Shown: positions 19,886 to 29,729 of the stretch, in pieces | How positions within the stretch are numbered: the stretch's first letter is position 1 | Layout of the letters: each line of letters opens with the position of its first letter | Assembly: GCA_964406795.1 (NCBI GenBank) | Contig: CAYOTA010000001.1 | Span: 77,081-141,080 of the forward strand | From: an uncultured Gammaproteobacteria bacterium | GTDB lineage: Bacteria > Patescibacteriota > Microgenomatia > Levybacterales > GWA1-39-11 | Reading direction: 5' to 3' | Length of the DNA stretch: 64,000 bases | The notes under the pieces: generated by a model | Databases searched by the model: none | Told to the model about the DNA's origin: nothing | What the model saw: the letters and a program-made list of their open reading frames with translations, nothing else | Program-made: the position numbers and the translations under genes

Positions 19886-20617
19886 TTAGTTTTCAAAGAG
19901 TGGAGTGGTATTCCAATACTGGATTTCGTTGTTCCCATAGAGGGATATGCGGATACTAGGATACAGATAAGGTCTGCTACTTAGACCATCAGGAAGCTTG
20001 TAGGTTTTGTCTTCCCACGTCCATTCATGAGACTCACCGTTATTTTGTTGGGAATACGAGAATTGGTCTTTAATCTGATCAAAATTTGGTAGTCCACGCT
20101 TTAGATAACCCATCGCAATTATTTCTGCATCTGCTTTTGAAAGTTTCTGTATATTGCCGGAATCTGAGGAACAGGGAGTACCATTATTTTTATAGCTCTC
20201 AATCTCATTTGATTTCAAACCTCTAATAATAACTGCTGTTAGTTTATGATTTCTGGCATCAAGATTGTACTCATAGATGGAGCACGTTCCATTAACGAGC
20301 TCTTTTTGATCGTATACAGTCACCTGACGAACCCAACCATCAACTTTATCCATATTCTCTCCGGTACTAACTTTAGTAATTTTACCGACCCTAAAGTACT
20401 GTGTTGGCAGATCAGTACCCATTGATGAAAGATCCAGGTTCGGTTTATCCATGAACTGTCGGATGACTGAAACGTCATCTGTGGGAGTATTTTGGGTTAC
20501 ATTAGTAATTTGAGTAGGTGTTTTAATGTCTTTTTTCAGCCAAAGAAAACCTGCAACCAAACCTATTATCAGTAAGACAACGGCTATCTTTATTTTCATT
20601 ACCTTATTATATGCCAA
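19886..20617 (-). CDS. Hypothetical secreted or membrane-anchored protein
   Basis: N-terminal TM/signal; no known motif. Confidence 0.4.
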   Translation of the reverse strand: MAYNKVMKIKIAVVLLIIGLVAGFLWLKKDIKTPTQITNVTQNTPTDDVSVIRQFMDKPNLDLSSMGTDLPTQYFRVGKITKVSTGENMDKVDGWVRQVTVYDQKELVNGTCSIYEYNLDARNHKLTAVIIRGLKSNEIESYKNNGTPCSSDSGNIQKLSKADAEIIAMGYLKRGLPNFDQIKDQFSYSQQNNGESHEWTWEDKTYKLPDGLSSRPYLYPSIRISLYGNNEIQYWNTTPLFEN

Positions 20618-20631
20618 ATGGAGAGATAAGG

Positions 20632-21969
20632 TTAATGTATCGGGGCTGAAACGATTCCTTTGTCGTGAAGATATAGTTGACGGCCAAGCGTTTGAACTAC
20701 TTCTCTTTTTTCCATTGCCAATCCATTTTTTAATGCATGCTTCGCATATTCAGTAAAGGTGATCGGCTTTTTATCTGGATCAACGTCTTGTTGCAAAAGA
20801 ATTGCGTCACGAATTTCTTTATAACCCTGCATCCCTCGTTTTAGTTTTTCGGACATTCTCAATATTTGAGGATGTGCCATTTCCATAAAATTGATATATC
20901 GAAGTATAGCCTTTATAAGTTCTTCCTCGGTTACGTACGGCTCTGGACATTCGTAGTTGATCTGTCGGGTGCAATGGTAGTAGATATGGTATCGTGGAAT
21001 ACCTATTTTTCGTTTTCTATATCTGTCTTCGCCAATTACACTTGCCCCACAGAAAGCACATTTGAATAAATCTTTGAAATCGAACTTTTTACCTCCCCAT
21101 TTTGATTTTGGTGCAACAATTAGCTTTGTTTGTACTTTGTTAAATAATTCTCTTGTGACAAGAGGCTTATGTTTTCCTTCGTACCAATTCCCGCTACCAA
21201 TTGGATATTCAAATTCACCGTAGTAAAAAGGGTTTTTAAGCATTAGATAGATTTGGCTCAGTGTTACTCCTTTATTTGCTCTAGTTTTCATTCCAATCTC
21301 ATCGAACCATCTTTTGATTGTTCTTCCACTATCACCATTTTTTACAACTCTTTCAAACATTTCAGTAACAGTAGGTCCACGATCTGGATCTATGACTATA
21401 TCCTTAACTCCCGCCATAGCTCTGTTCCAATAACCGATTGGAGGCATTCCTGGTCGCCAACCCATCTCACATTTGGCGCGAATACCTCTTTTTACGTTGA
21501 TGCCTTTTTGATCATTCTCCAGTTTGGCCTGAGAGCAGAGGATCATGAGTAAAAACTTTTCATTGGGATTATTTGAGAAGCTTTGAGAGAAAGTCTTTAT
21601 TTGTTGTAATTTACCTTGATCCATAAGATCGACAAGCATTCCTAAGTCTCCTGCGTTCCGACTCAATCGATCAGGTGCCCATGTCAAAATACCAGTAAAC
21701 ATACCATCTCTAATATCACTAATAAGTTGGCTGAAAACTGGTCGTTGACCAGACATTTTTGCTGAATGACTTTCTTTACGAACTTCTTTAATGAAGTATC
21801 CCTCTCGTATTGCCATTTCAGTCATTTCTTTGATCTGTGAATCAATCGACATGGCCTGTCGTTCATCATCTTCACTCGATTTTCTAGCGTATAAACAATA
21901 TTCAACGCTTAATGTTGGGGGTATTATTTGATCAGCTGGTGCAGGTATTCTTGCCATTTCAGGGTACAA
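20632..21969 (-). CDS. Large serine recombinase (resolvase/integrase family)
   Basis: N-terminal resolvase catalytic domain YARKSSEDDERQAMSIDSQ...; recombinase domain; C-terminal zinc ribbon (CAFCG...YYHC); about 80% identical to the CDS at 46193..47521. Confidence 0.9.
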   Translation of the reverse strand: MYPEMARIPAPADQIIPPTLSVEYCLYARKSSEDDERQAMSIDSQIKEMTEMAIREGYFIKEVRKESHSAKMSGQRPVFSQLISDIRDGMFTGILTWAPDRLSRNAGDLGMLVDLMDQGKLQQIKTFSQSFSNNPNEKFLLMILCSQAKLENDQKGINVKRGIRAKCEMGWRPGMPPIGYWNRAMAGVKDIVIDPDRGPTVTEMFERVVKNGDSGRTIKRWFDEIGMKTRANKGVTLSQIYLMLKNPFYYGEFEYPIGSGNWYEGKHKPLVTRELFNKVQTKLIVAPKSKWGGKKFDFKDLFKCAFCGASVIGEDRYRKRKIGIPRYHIYYHCTRQINYECPEPYVTEEELIKAILRYINFMEMAHPQILRMSEKLKRGMQGYKEIRDAILLQQDVDPDKKPITFTEYAKHALKNGLAMEKREVVQTLGRQLYLHDKGIVSAPIH

Positions 21970-22071
21970 GGTATCGGGAACGCCCTCAGAAGTCCAGGCT
22001 CAAAATGATATATACATCACAAAAAATGCCCGATGTTACTCAGGCACTTTTTTGTTTTTAGATAGTAATAA

Positions 22072-22617
22072 TTACATTCCAAGATCGACCAATATTTTCT
22101 TATTACTATAAAAACTAGCGTTGTATTGAAGCTTGGGACCTTTTGCAGTCTTTGGTACTTCAAATCCTACCCAGTCAGTTTTCTTGGCTTTTGCAATTAA
22201 AGCGCCATCCATTCCTAAAGAACCAGCATTTTCTAGTCTTTTTCCAGTTACAGCAACTTGGTACTGATTATTGTCGCCATCTATGACGAACATCTGACCC
22301 ATTGTTGTAATGTACTGCTGACTTGATCCTGTGTTCTCAAGAGTCATGTTTACATCAATCCACTGATTACCTTCAGATGGCTTTGTGTATTGACCACCCT
22401 GAGCAGTTTCTACTTTATTTATAGTAAGGATAATATCTGACATTTGAACTTTATCTCCAACCTTGTAAGTCTCCTGACTTGGTTGTTCTTTCGTATTTGA
22501 AGTTTGAGTAGTGTCAGTAGATCCTACTTTTTTACTATCACTTCCCATACTGCCAATAACTCCGATTACTATTAGGATGATAAATCCTATTCCTCCCCAT
22601 TTAAGTAATTTCTTCAT
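22072..22617 (-). CDS. DUF4352-like lipoprotein
   Basis: N-terminal TM; all-beta domain with pattern typical of DUF4352 (YKVGDKV....T.NKVE...WIDVNMTLENTG). Confidence 0.5.
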   Translation of the reverse strand: MKKLLKWGGIGFIILIVIGVIGSMGSDSKKVGSTDTTQTSNTKEQPSQETYKVGDKVQMSDIILTINKVETAQGGQYTKPSEGNQWIDVNMTLENTGSSQQYITTMGQMFVIDGDNNQYQVAVTGKRLENAGSLGMDGALIAKAKKTDWVGFEVPKTAKGPKLQYNASFYSNKKILVDLGM

Positions 22618-22947
22618 ATGTATATCACCTCCTTTTTCAGGCTAAATGCTTAGTCTAGCTTAGCACGATTATATCAGTTCTTGTGCGTAAATGCTAAGTA
22701 ACGCTCAACATTTCATTTATGCTCAAATTTGTTCAATAATCGTTTTAATTGCTTAGTTACTGAGAAAAATCGGTCAATGTAGACCTTATTGTGTGTAAGG
22801 AGATACTTGTAGAAGTATTTTTCAGATCTACGAAGAAGTACAAATGCCTTGTCTTTTTGATTTTTGCCGTCCATCACGGCACAAGGTATCGGGAAGAGGT
22901 GTTGAAGTCTAGTCCTAAAATGGGCTCGTTTTCAAGCGTGTTGCTTT

Positions 22948-24234
22948 CTATTCATAGAACCAACTCATCGCAGGGTTATCGACTTCCATTATTTTTCCTT
23001 TTTGAATTTTGTATACGCCATCTTCCTTAACCATAATCCACGTTCCTTCGTAATAATGCATTATGGCTTCACTCTCTACCCAATTCTTAGTGGAGAACTT
23101 CACAAAGGCTGTATCTTTCGTATCCTCAAACTTTTCGGACTTAATAACATCAACATCCAAAATATCTTTAAATCTATTTGTCCATTCTTCGAAATTTGTC
23201 TTAAGCAAGTATTCCTGGCTTAAAAGATTAAATCCATCTCTCATTCTTCTGGCTTTGAGGTATGTATAGTACGCTCTAACTGCATCTTCTGGAGACTTTG
23301 ATGGATCAACCTCAATTTTGGTAATTCCCTGATCTGTAAAACTCGGAACCATTGTCTTTGCCTGGTCGGCAGAAATATAAAGAGATAATCCAGCTAAACT
23401 TAGCGTGTTAATACCTATGACATTTCCGCACTGGTCAGCAATAGGCCCACCGCTCATTCCTTCCACCAAGCTTATATTCGTTTGTAGATAAACAACTGGA
23501 CTTCTACTAGATTTTCGAAAATCAATAAAGTTACCCCTAACAACGGTTGCTTTACCGACTAAATCTGTTCCTAATGCATAACCAGTTGATATCAATGGTT
23601 CGTCTTCGCGGAGCGTTACTCTGTCTGGAAGTGGCAATACTTTATCAGGGAACTTTTTATCAGTGAAAAGAACGGCCAAGTCAGCATCTTTATTGCCCAA
23701 TATTTTGCTTGGTGTAACAAAACTACCATCAGGAAAAATAATTTTTGGACTTGGTTCATCGGCAATAACATGGAAGTTTGTAATCACTTGGTCGTCCGAA
23801 ATAAAAAATCCTGATCCTTCGGAGTATCCGCCCACAACCCTGACTACAGAATTTTGTAGACTTTCTTTAGCTCCAAAAGAGCATAGAAACTTACCGTACC
23901 ATCCGTATTGAGTACGCAAATAGTCGGCAATAACAAAAAGCGAAGCGATCATGTATACAACTACAGCGATAACAAATAAAGACTTCAAAAAGTTTTTCAA
24001 ACTCCTAAAGGGGAAAATAATTGAGTCAATAATTATTTTGATGAGTGCGACTACAAACTTGATCGAAAAAACGACCAAGTAATAAGAAGAGTAAGTAACG
24101 AGTTTTATAGGGAACAGGTAAAGAGGGAAAAGAAGTCGCTTAAAGTAAGCACGAAATCTCGAGAGAAGCTTAGAAAAGTTATCTTGGATACTCTTTGACC
24201 ATTTCTCAAATTGTTTTTCAAGAATATTGATCAT
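22948..24234 (-). CDS. Membrane-anchored trypsin-like (S1/HtrA-type) serine protease with a C-terminal NTF2-like domain
   Basis: Two N-terminal TMs; GSGFFISDDQVITNFHVI (His), DLAVL (Asp), GMSGGPI (Ser) catalytic triad motifs. Confidence 0.65.
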   Translation of the reverse strand: MINILEKQFEKWSKSIQDNFSKLLSRFRAYFKRLLFPLYLFPIKLVTYSSYYLVVFSIKFVVALIKIIIDSIIFPFRSLKNFLKSLFVIAVVVYMIASLFVIADYLRTQYGWYGKFLCSFGAKESLQNSVVRVVGGYSEGSGFFISDDQVITNFHVIADEPSPKIIFPDGSFVTPSKILGNKDADLAVLFTDKKFPDKVLPLPDRVTLREDEPLISTGYALGTDLVGKATVVRGNFIDFRKSSRSPVVYLQTNISLVEGMSGGPIADQCGNVIGINTLSLAGLSLYISADQAKTMVPSFTDQGITKIEVDPSKSPEDAVRAYYTYLKARRMRDGFNLLSQEYLLKTNFEEWTNRFKDILDVDVIKSEKFEDTKDTAFVKFSTKNWVESEAIMHYYEGTWIMVKEDGVYKIQKGKIMEVDNPAMSWFYE

Positions 24235-24237
24235 GGT

Positions 24238-24993
24238 TTATTTTTCAAATTGCCGGACTGCCTGGCGGTACTTGCAGAAATCACAGTCTTCGCCTGGATC
24301 AGGCATTTCATCTGCCTTGAGACATTTGACTGCATCCAAGATTGTTTGCTCAACCCAGTTAGTGTTACCTTCGTACGGAATCACCTTTATATCAAACTCA
24401 AGCTTTCCATCAAAAGCTGCTGGATCAGTATCACCATTACAATATACAAAGTAGCCTACAGGAGAGACCCTAAAGCCGTTTTGACGGAATAACCATTGAT
24501 ATATTTCCATCTGCCGTTTGTAGCCGATTTGCCAATCTGCATCAAGCGTTACCTCAGCATCCTTAGATGTGGCTTTGTAGTCCACAATGATGAATTCACC
24601 ATCTGGTTTTACCCACACATCGTCGACCCCACCCGTAATTACTACGTTTTCGTCGTCAATCTTGAAAGTTATACCGGCTCGTAGTGAATCTCTCCACTCA
24701 TCTATCTTTTCATGAGCCAATGGAACAGCATCGATACCATATGTTTTCATTAGCGGATGAGGAGTTTTATTGGCTCTGTGAGTATCAAATTCCTTCTTGA
24801 GAAGCTTATCTACAGCCGAGTTGAGAGAAAATGGATATCCAGGTGGCTGACCAACACCTAGGCGTCGATCGAGGTAGAAACAACGTGGACAATTTAAGAA
24901 AAGATCAATCTTTGAACGACTTAAGCGAAACAACTCTGACGAATTTGCGTCATATAGATTTCTTGTGCGATTTGGATTGTAGTATTTTGACAT
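24238..24993 (-). CDS. Cas4/RecB-like PD-(D/E)XK nuclease with a 4-Cys cluster
   Basis: N-terminal Cys (CPRCFY), core ITGGVDDVW...IIVDYK (D..D/E.K), C-terminal CDFCKY; stop/start abuts the helicase below. Confidence 0.6.
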   Translation of the reverse strand: MSKYYNPNRTRNLYDANSSELFRLSRSKIDLFLNCPRCFYLDRRLGVGQPPGYPFSLNSAVDKLLKKEFDTHRANKTPHPLMKTYGIDAVPLAHEKIDEWRDSLRAGITFKIDDENVVITGGVDDVWVKPDGEFIIVDYKATSKDAEVTLDADWQIGYKRQMEIYQWLFRQNGFRVSPVGYFVYCNGDTDPAAFDGKLEFDIKVIPYEGNTNWVEQTILDAVKCLKADEMPDPGEDCDFCKYRQAVRQFEK

Positions 24994-24994
24994 A

Positions 24995-26983
24995 TCAGTT
25001 TGGTCTTCTGCTATTGTTTCTAGCTTGTTGCAATGATTCTAAGTATTGAATAAATTCAGATTTATCTCGTAATAGTTGTATTTGTCGATTGGACTTTTTG
25101 TATTTATAAAACTCAATATTTTCGCTAGGTAGCATATCCAAATAAGCATGCGGTCTCTGTGATCCGCCTGAACCTAAAGCAGTTATGAGATGTAGTGATT
25201 TTCTTGCTCTTGTTATAGCGACAAAAAAAGCATTTTTAGTTATCCATGACATATTTTGATTATCAAAACCAATAATCATTACATGATCTGCTGATAACCC
25301 TTTTGATCCAACAAGAGTTAATAACTCAACGGCACACATGTTCTTTACTTCTAATTCCTCAAGTTCAACAGATTCTTCTTCCTTATGTTCAGTTTGCAAA
25401 ACTTGATTCTCATCTATAGCTTGTTCAGTGAGATTGTTTCTTAATTCATCGGAATTAGTTATACCAATCTCAACACTTAACTTTTGAATCTTAACCTCGA
25501 TAGAATCTGTTGATTCGATAATTTCTTTTACTTTCTGACATTTGCTTAGAATTAACTGCACGGACTCGTGAGCTAATTCGAAAAACTGCTTACTAGAAGT
25601 AAGACATTCATTTATCAAAACACTAATATCAGTTGTAGCAGTACCTTCATAGTAGAAAACCTTACGAAAGGTGAAATTATTCTCAGGGTGCCTAGCAAGA
25701 GAGTAATAAGTCAATAGTTTGTAGTAATCTTCTGAAAATTTCTTAGGTTCTTCTTTATATTCAGCAACCATTTCAAATAAATCTTTATTTGCATTTGAAT
25801 TCGCATAAAAAGTTACTTGTCCGGCAGGAGTCAAAATAAGTAAAAACGGATCTTTGCTCTGTCCACTTATTAAATCATTCTTCCTTGTTGCTATTTCTTG
25901 TGCGTGGTCTTCAATGAATTTTTTAATATAGTCAACCGCTGTAGGAGAAGTGGCACATCCAATAATCTGCACTTTTGGACATTGAGTGTCTGTAGAGATT
26001 GGTAAATATACCTTCTCTATACATCCATCTTCTTGCGATTGTTTAATAAAGTGACTAGCGGTTTTTGTAATATGAAAGCTACTTCGGCCACAAAATGGAA
26101 GCATTGCCGATGTGAAGCTTGTATCTTGATATAGATTTCTTATCAATTCTGCTTTTCCTGACTTTAGTTTCTCATAAAGAACTTGATCATCATCTCCAAC
26201 TATCAAGACACCAGAATTGCCAATGGTAAGTTCATTTATGAAATTCTCCTCGGCAGTATTGAAGTCTTGATATTCATCAATAATATAAAATTGATGTTTT
26301 ATTAGTGATCGATTTTCCAATAGTGCTTTTGGTGCATGAAAAATTAAATCTGCGAAGCCTACGGCGTTATAGAATTTGGACAACTTGAAATAGTTATAAA
26401 TCACAATTTCCCACTCCTCTGAAGTGTTGAAGTTCGAATTATGGAGTTGTTCGTTAAATTTCTTAAATGAATATGTTGTCTTGTCTGGTTGATCAACAGT
26501 AAGTAACACATCCTCCCAGACTGCGTCTGTCCAAACATCACTGATAATTCTGAAATGCGGTTGAAATCTTATTTCTGGAGTTCCGTGATTTTGTTCTACT
26601 ATACTTCGAGCATATTTATGCAATGTATGAACTTCAACTTGCCCTTTTTGATCTTCAGTAAGACTTGTGTCATTTTGAATATCATTTTGTAAGTCAGCTA
26701 CAAGTTTACGAACAAAACTTAATGCTAAAATTCCTGCGGATGGATTTTGAGTTAGCCAGTAGTCGATTCGTTGTTTAAAAATTGTGCTTTTCCCCGTTCC
26801 CGGTCCTGATACGATTACAATCTTGACTGATGGATGGCCAGCAATTGCACTAGCATTACCGTTTCGATAATTGGTTCGTTCAATATCAGTTAATCTATCA
26901 AGATCACCACTTATTGTTTGTAATTCAGTGCTATTAAATGGTTCACCGTTGTCGTTGATTAAGTGTCTTATTACATTTGGCAT
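24995..26983 (-). CDS. UvrD/Rep-family SF1 DNA helicase
   Basis: GPGTGKST (I), IIDEYQDFN (II), IVGDDDQ (III), VAITRARKSLHLI (VI). Confidence 0.8.
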   Translation of the reverse strand: MPNVIRHLINDNGEPFNSTELQTISGDLDRLTDIERTNYRNGNASAIAGHPSVKIVIVSGPGTGKSTIFKQRIDYWLTQNPSAGILALSFVRKLVADLQNDIQNDTSLTEDQKGQVEVHTLHKYARSIVEQNHGTPEIRFQPHFRIISDVWTDAVWEDVLLTVDQPDKTTYSFKKFNEQLHNSNFNTSEEWEIVIYNYFKLSKFYNAVGFADLIFHAPKALLENRSLIKHQFYIIDEYQDFNTAEENFINELTIGNSGVLIVGDDDQVLYEKLKSGKAELIRNLYQDTSFTSAMLPFCGRSSFHITKTASHFIKQSQEDGCIEKVYLPISTDTQCPKVQIIGCATSPTAVDYIKKFIEDHAQEIATRKNDLISGQSKDPFLLILTPAGQVTFYANSNANKDLFEMVAEYKEEPKKFSEDYYKLLTYYSLARHPENNFTFRKVFYYEGTATTDISVLINECLTSSKQFFELAHESVQLILSKCQKVKEIIESTDSIEVKIQKLSVEIGITNSDELRNNLTEQAIDENQVLQTEHKEEESVELEELEVKNMCAVELLTLVGSKGLSADHVMIIGFDNQNMSWITKNAFFVAITRARKSLHLITALGSGGSQRPHAYLDMLPSENIEFYKYKKSNRQIQLLRDKSEFIQYLESLQQARNNSRRPN

Positions 26984-27050
26984 AGTTTTTTATTATTTTC
27001 AATCATTGGGTGGCAACTGGTCTAATCCATACATCTTGTCTTGAGACATG

Positions 27051-29729
27051 CTATTTAGAACTTAGTTGTCCAAAACTCATATTTGGTGAGATAGACGTAT
27101 GGGGCAAGATTACATATCTCCAAGGTTTTCCTCGATTAATAGTGTTAAATTTAGTCGCTGCTTCACAATACTTTTTACCTGCCTCAGCTTTTTCAAGCAC
27201 TTCGGCATCATCAATGTCTCGTTCTGCCTTTATTTCAACCAGATAAATAGCGTCCTTAGTTTCTACAACAAAATCCGGTTCATATCGTTTAGAGTTTCGC
27301 TTCCAATACATCAGAAACTGTGACATTGAAGGACGGAGCCAGCGCACAACCTCTCGATCATCTTCTAGAATGGTTGCAAAATCCTTTTCAGCTTTAGAAT
27401 CAAATTTATACAGATTATGACAAGCTTTCTTAAACCCGCCAAAAACTTTAGTAGAGATCATATTTGTAGGTGTGATCGTCTCCGTAAAGTGGTGTATTTT
27501 ATCAGCGGTATATTTGGAAAAATTATGTGGTTCGATACGAGTAAACGGATAGACTACTGGTTCTTCATACGCACCAGTTTCCAGAAAGAAGTGCTGTTGT
27601 AACTGGGCATAGATGAAGTTCCCAATTTCTCGCTTGTGATATAGCACTATATTCTCCAAGTCTTCTTCACTTCGGTTGTTACCTAATTTAACAACAGCTT
27701 GTTGAACTATTTTGTGTAGCAGTTCCGATTCACGATCATAATCAATTTCCGGATAATTCACGAGTTCATTCATAACAATATTGCTCGGGATATCACGCTC
27801 CATGCCACTTTCAGTGCTTTGTAATACCTCACTCAAATTAGTTCTTAGAGTTCGACGAATAATTTCTTCTGATACTGGTTGGTAGTTAAGTCCAGAAACA
27901 TCAAGTTCAAAATCATGAAAACCTGAACGCACCTCATTACTTTGCTGAACCAGAATTCGAGGAATGGGAATGGTCTTAGAAATAAGCTCTTCAACTACCG
28001 CCTCATACTCTTTTTCAGCGGCTGCAACTATCTGATCCTTGAACAGATTTTGTTGAGGGATGCTTTCAATATGCTCGACCATCTTTTTAATAGCAAGTTT
28101 TTGTACATCACTGCTCTTTAAGTCATCAATGTTTTTAATTTGACTTCCAAGCGAGCTAACTGCGTCTACGATTAATTGCTGGGCATCAAGGGAAATTCCA
28201 GCACTTTGTCTTTCGACTTCATCTTTCAACTCGGAGACTTGATCTCGCCTTTCATTTAGAGATGATTGAACAATTGAAGACGATGTAATAACTTCTTGAT
28301 TGGCGGGCAGTTCATTCGGATCAATTTCTATGATATTTTCTTTTCGAATTATTGAGTTTGGGTCGTTAGCCGCATCCACGATTGATTGGAAACGATCATG
28401 GGCAATTATGGTAAGCTTGTCTACTTTTTCAACACCAGTACGTGCCCCGTATGGCAATCGCAAACCTCGGCCAATAGTCTGTTCTGTTAGGATTTGAGAA
28501 TTTGCAGCGCGAAGAGGAATGATTGTATAGAGATTGGTAACATCCCAACCTTCTTTAAGCATGTTGACATGAATAACGATTTCAATTGAATTATCTGGTT
28601 TTTCTAAAGCAACTAATTTCTGTACATTTTCTTCTTTTTCCTCACCACGCTGGTTGGAATGAATCTCAATGACCTTGCCTTTATAACGGCCTTCAAAGAA
28701 TTGTTCGGATTCAATTGTTGTTCGAATCTCTTTGGCATGATCAGTGTCTTTGGCAACAACTAATACAAATGGTCGTACCAATGGTTTGTTCATATCCCTG
28801 GAGTAGATATCTAGAGCAACTTTGGTATCTTCGTGGATACGAATACCATCTTCGAGTTTGATAAGGTCGAGTTCCTTAGGGTCATTTCTGTATTGGTCAG
28901 GATTAAAGTTTCTGCGTGTTGCTATCGCAGGTTCTTTGACAAACCCGTCTTGCAATGCTTTGGCCAAAGGATAATCGTAGACTACATTTTTGAATTTAAG
29001 ACCAGTTGAATCAATTGGAGTGGCGGTTAATTCCAAACCTAAAATTGGCTTAAGTTCATTAATTGCCTTGAGTCCTGCATCAGCACGATAATGATGTGAC
29101 TCGTCCATAATCAAGACGAGATCAGGCAACTCTGCAAGATAGTTAAAGTAAGATTCTCCTAGATATTCGGACAGTCGTTTAATGCGGGGCTCACGTCCTC
29201 CACGAACTTCAGAATTTATCTTGGAAATATTAAAGATGTTGATACGAACAGTCTCACCCAGCATTTGCTGGTGCTGATTGTAGGTATCTCCAGTGATGAT
29301 ACGTGGGCCAAATACCGCAAATTCGGATATACCTTTAAAGACATACTTTGGATTCTGTGGATTAGATAAATCGTCTATTAATTTATTATAAATAGTTAGA
29401 TTGGGCGCCAACACAAAAAAATTCTTTATTCCTTTTGCTGAATAGAGGTAGGCAATAAATGCTCCCATCAAGCGGGTTTTGCCAACGCCTGTAGCTAAAG
29501 AAAAACAAACTGAAGGAAACTCACGCTCAAAATCAGAACACGTAGGATACAACGCACGAACTTTTTCTAAATCACTTTTAACGTCATCATCACTCTTCAA
29601 TTTCAAAATATCTGTTATTTTTTGCAAAATTTCTAAGCTATCCGCTTGTGGTTTACGTAGACTTAATCTATTTTTGATAGTTTGAGCTTTACTGTTCATC
29701 TTGTACCTCCTTAGATTCTTCCGCCTCAT
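27051..29729 (-). CDS. Type III restriction enzyme Res subunit (SF2 helicase + C-terminal PD-(D/E)XK endonuclease)
   Basis: LATGVGKT (I), LIMDESHH (II), QTIGRGLRL (VI), C-terminal EPDFVV...YLVEIK nuclease motif; overlaps the mod gene by 41 nt. Confidence 0.75.
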   Translation of the reverse strand: MRRKNLRRYKMNSKAQTIKNRLSLRKPQADSLEILQKITDILKLKSDDDVKSDLEKVRALYPTCSDFEREFPSVCFSLATGVGKTRLMGAFIAYLYSAKGIKNFFVLAPNLTIYNKLIDDLSNPQNPKYVFKGISEFAVFGPRIITGDTYNQHQQMLGETVRINIFNISKINSEVRGGREPRIKRLSEYLGESYFNYLAELPDLVLIMDESHHYRADAGLKAINELKPILGLELTATPIDSTGLKFKNVVYDYPLAKALQDGFVKEPAIATRRNFNPDQYRNDPKELDLIKLEDGIRIHEDTKVALDIYSRDMNKPLVRPFVLVVAKDTDHAKEIRTTIESEQFFEGRYKGKVIEIHSNQRGEEKEENVQKLVALEKPDNSIEIVIHVNMLKEGWDVTNLYTIIPLRAANSQILTEQTIGRGLRLPYGARTGVEKVDKLTIIAHDRFQSIVDAANDPNSIIRKENIIEIDPNELPANQEVITSSSIVQSSLNERRDQVSELKDEVERQSAGISLDAQQLIVDAVSSLGSQIKNIDDLKSSDVQKLAIKKMVEHIESIPQQNLFKDQIVAAAEKEYEAVVEELISKTIPIPRILVQQSNEVRSGFHDFELDVSGLNYQPVSEEIIRRTLRTNLSEVLQSTESGMERDIPSNIVMNELVNYPEIDYDRESELLHKIVQQAVVKLGNNRSEEDLENIVLYHKREIGNFIYAQLQQHFFLETGAYEEPVVYPFTRIEPHNFSKYTADKIHHFTETITPTNMISTKVFGGFKKACHNLYKFDSKAEKDFATILEDDREVVRWLRPSMSQFLMYWKRNSKRYEPDFVVETKDAIYLVEIKAERDIDDAEVLEKAEAGKKYCEAATKFNTINRGKPWRYVILPHTSISPNMSFGQLSSK

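Noticed and set aside
22791-23030. 79-aa plus-strand ORF in the DUF4352/protease intergenic region
   Set aside because: No RBS, overlaps the protease 3' end, and the sequence looks like a translated regulatory region.
24238-26983. Assigning the nuclease-helicase pair to Gabija or Hachiman
   Set aside because: Gabija needs an OLD-family ATPase-TOPRIM partner, and the Hachiman helicase is SF2. Here the partner is a Cas4-like FeS nuclease and the helicase is SF1 UvrD-type.
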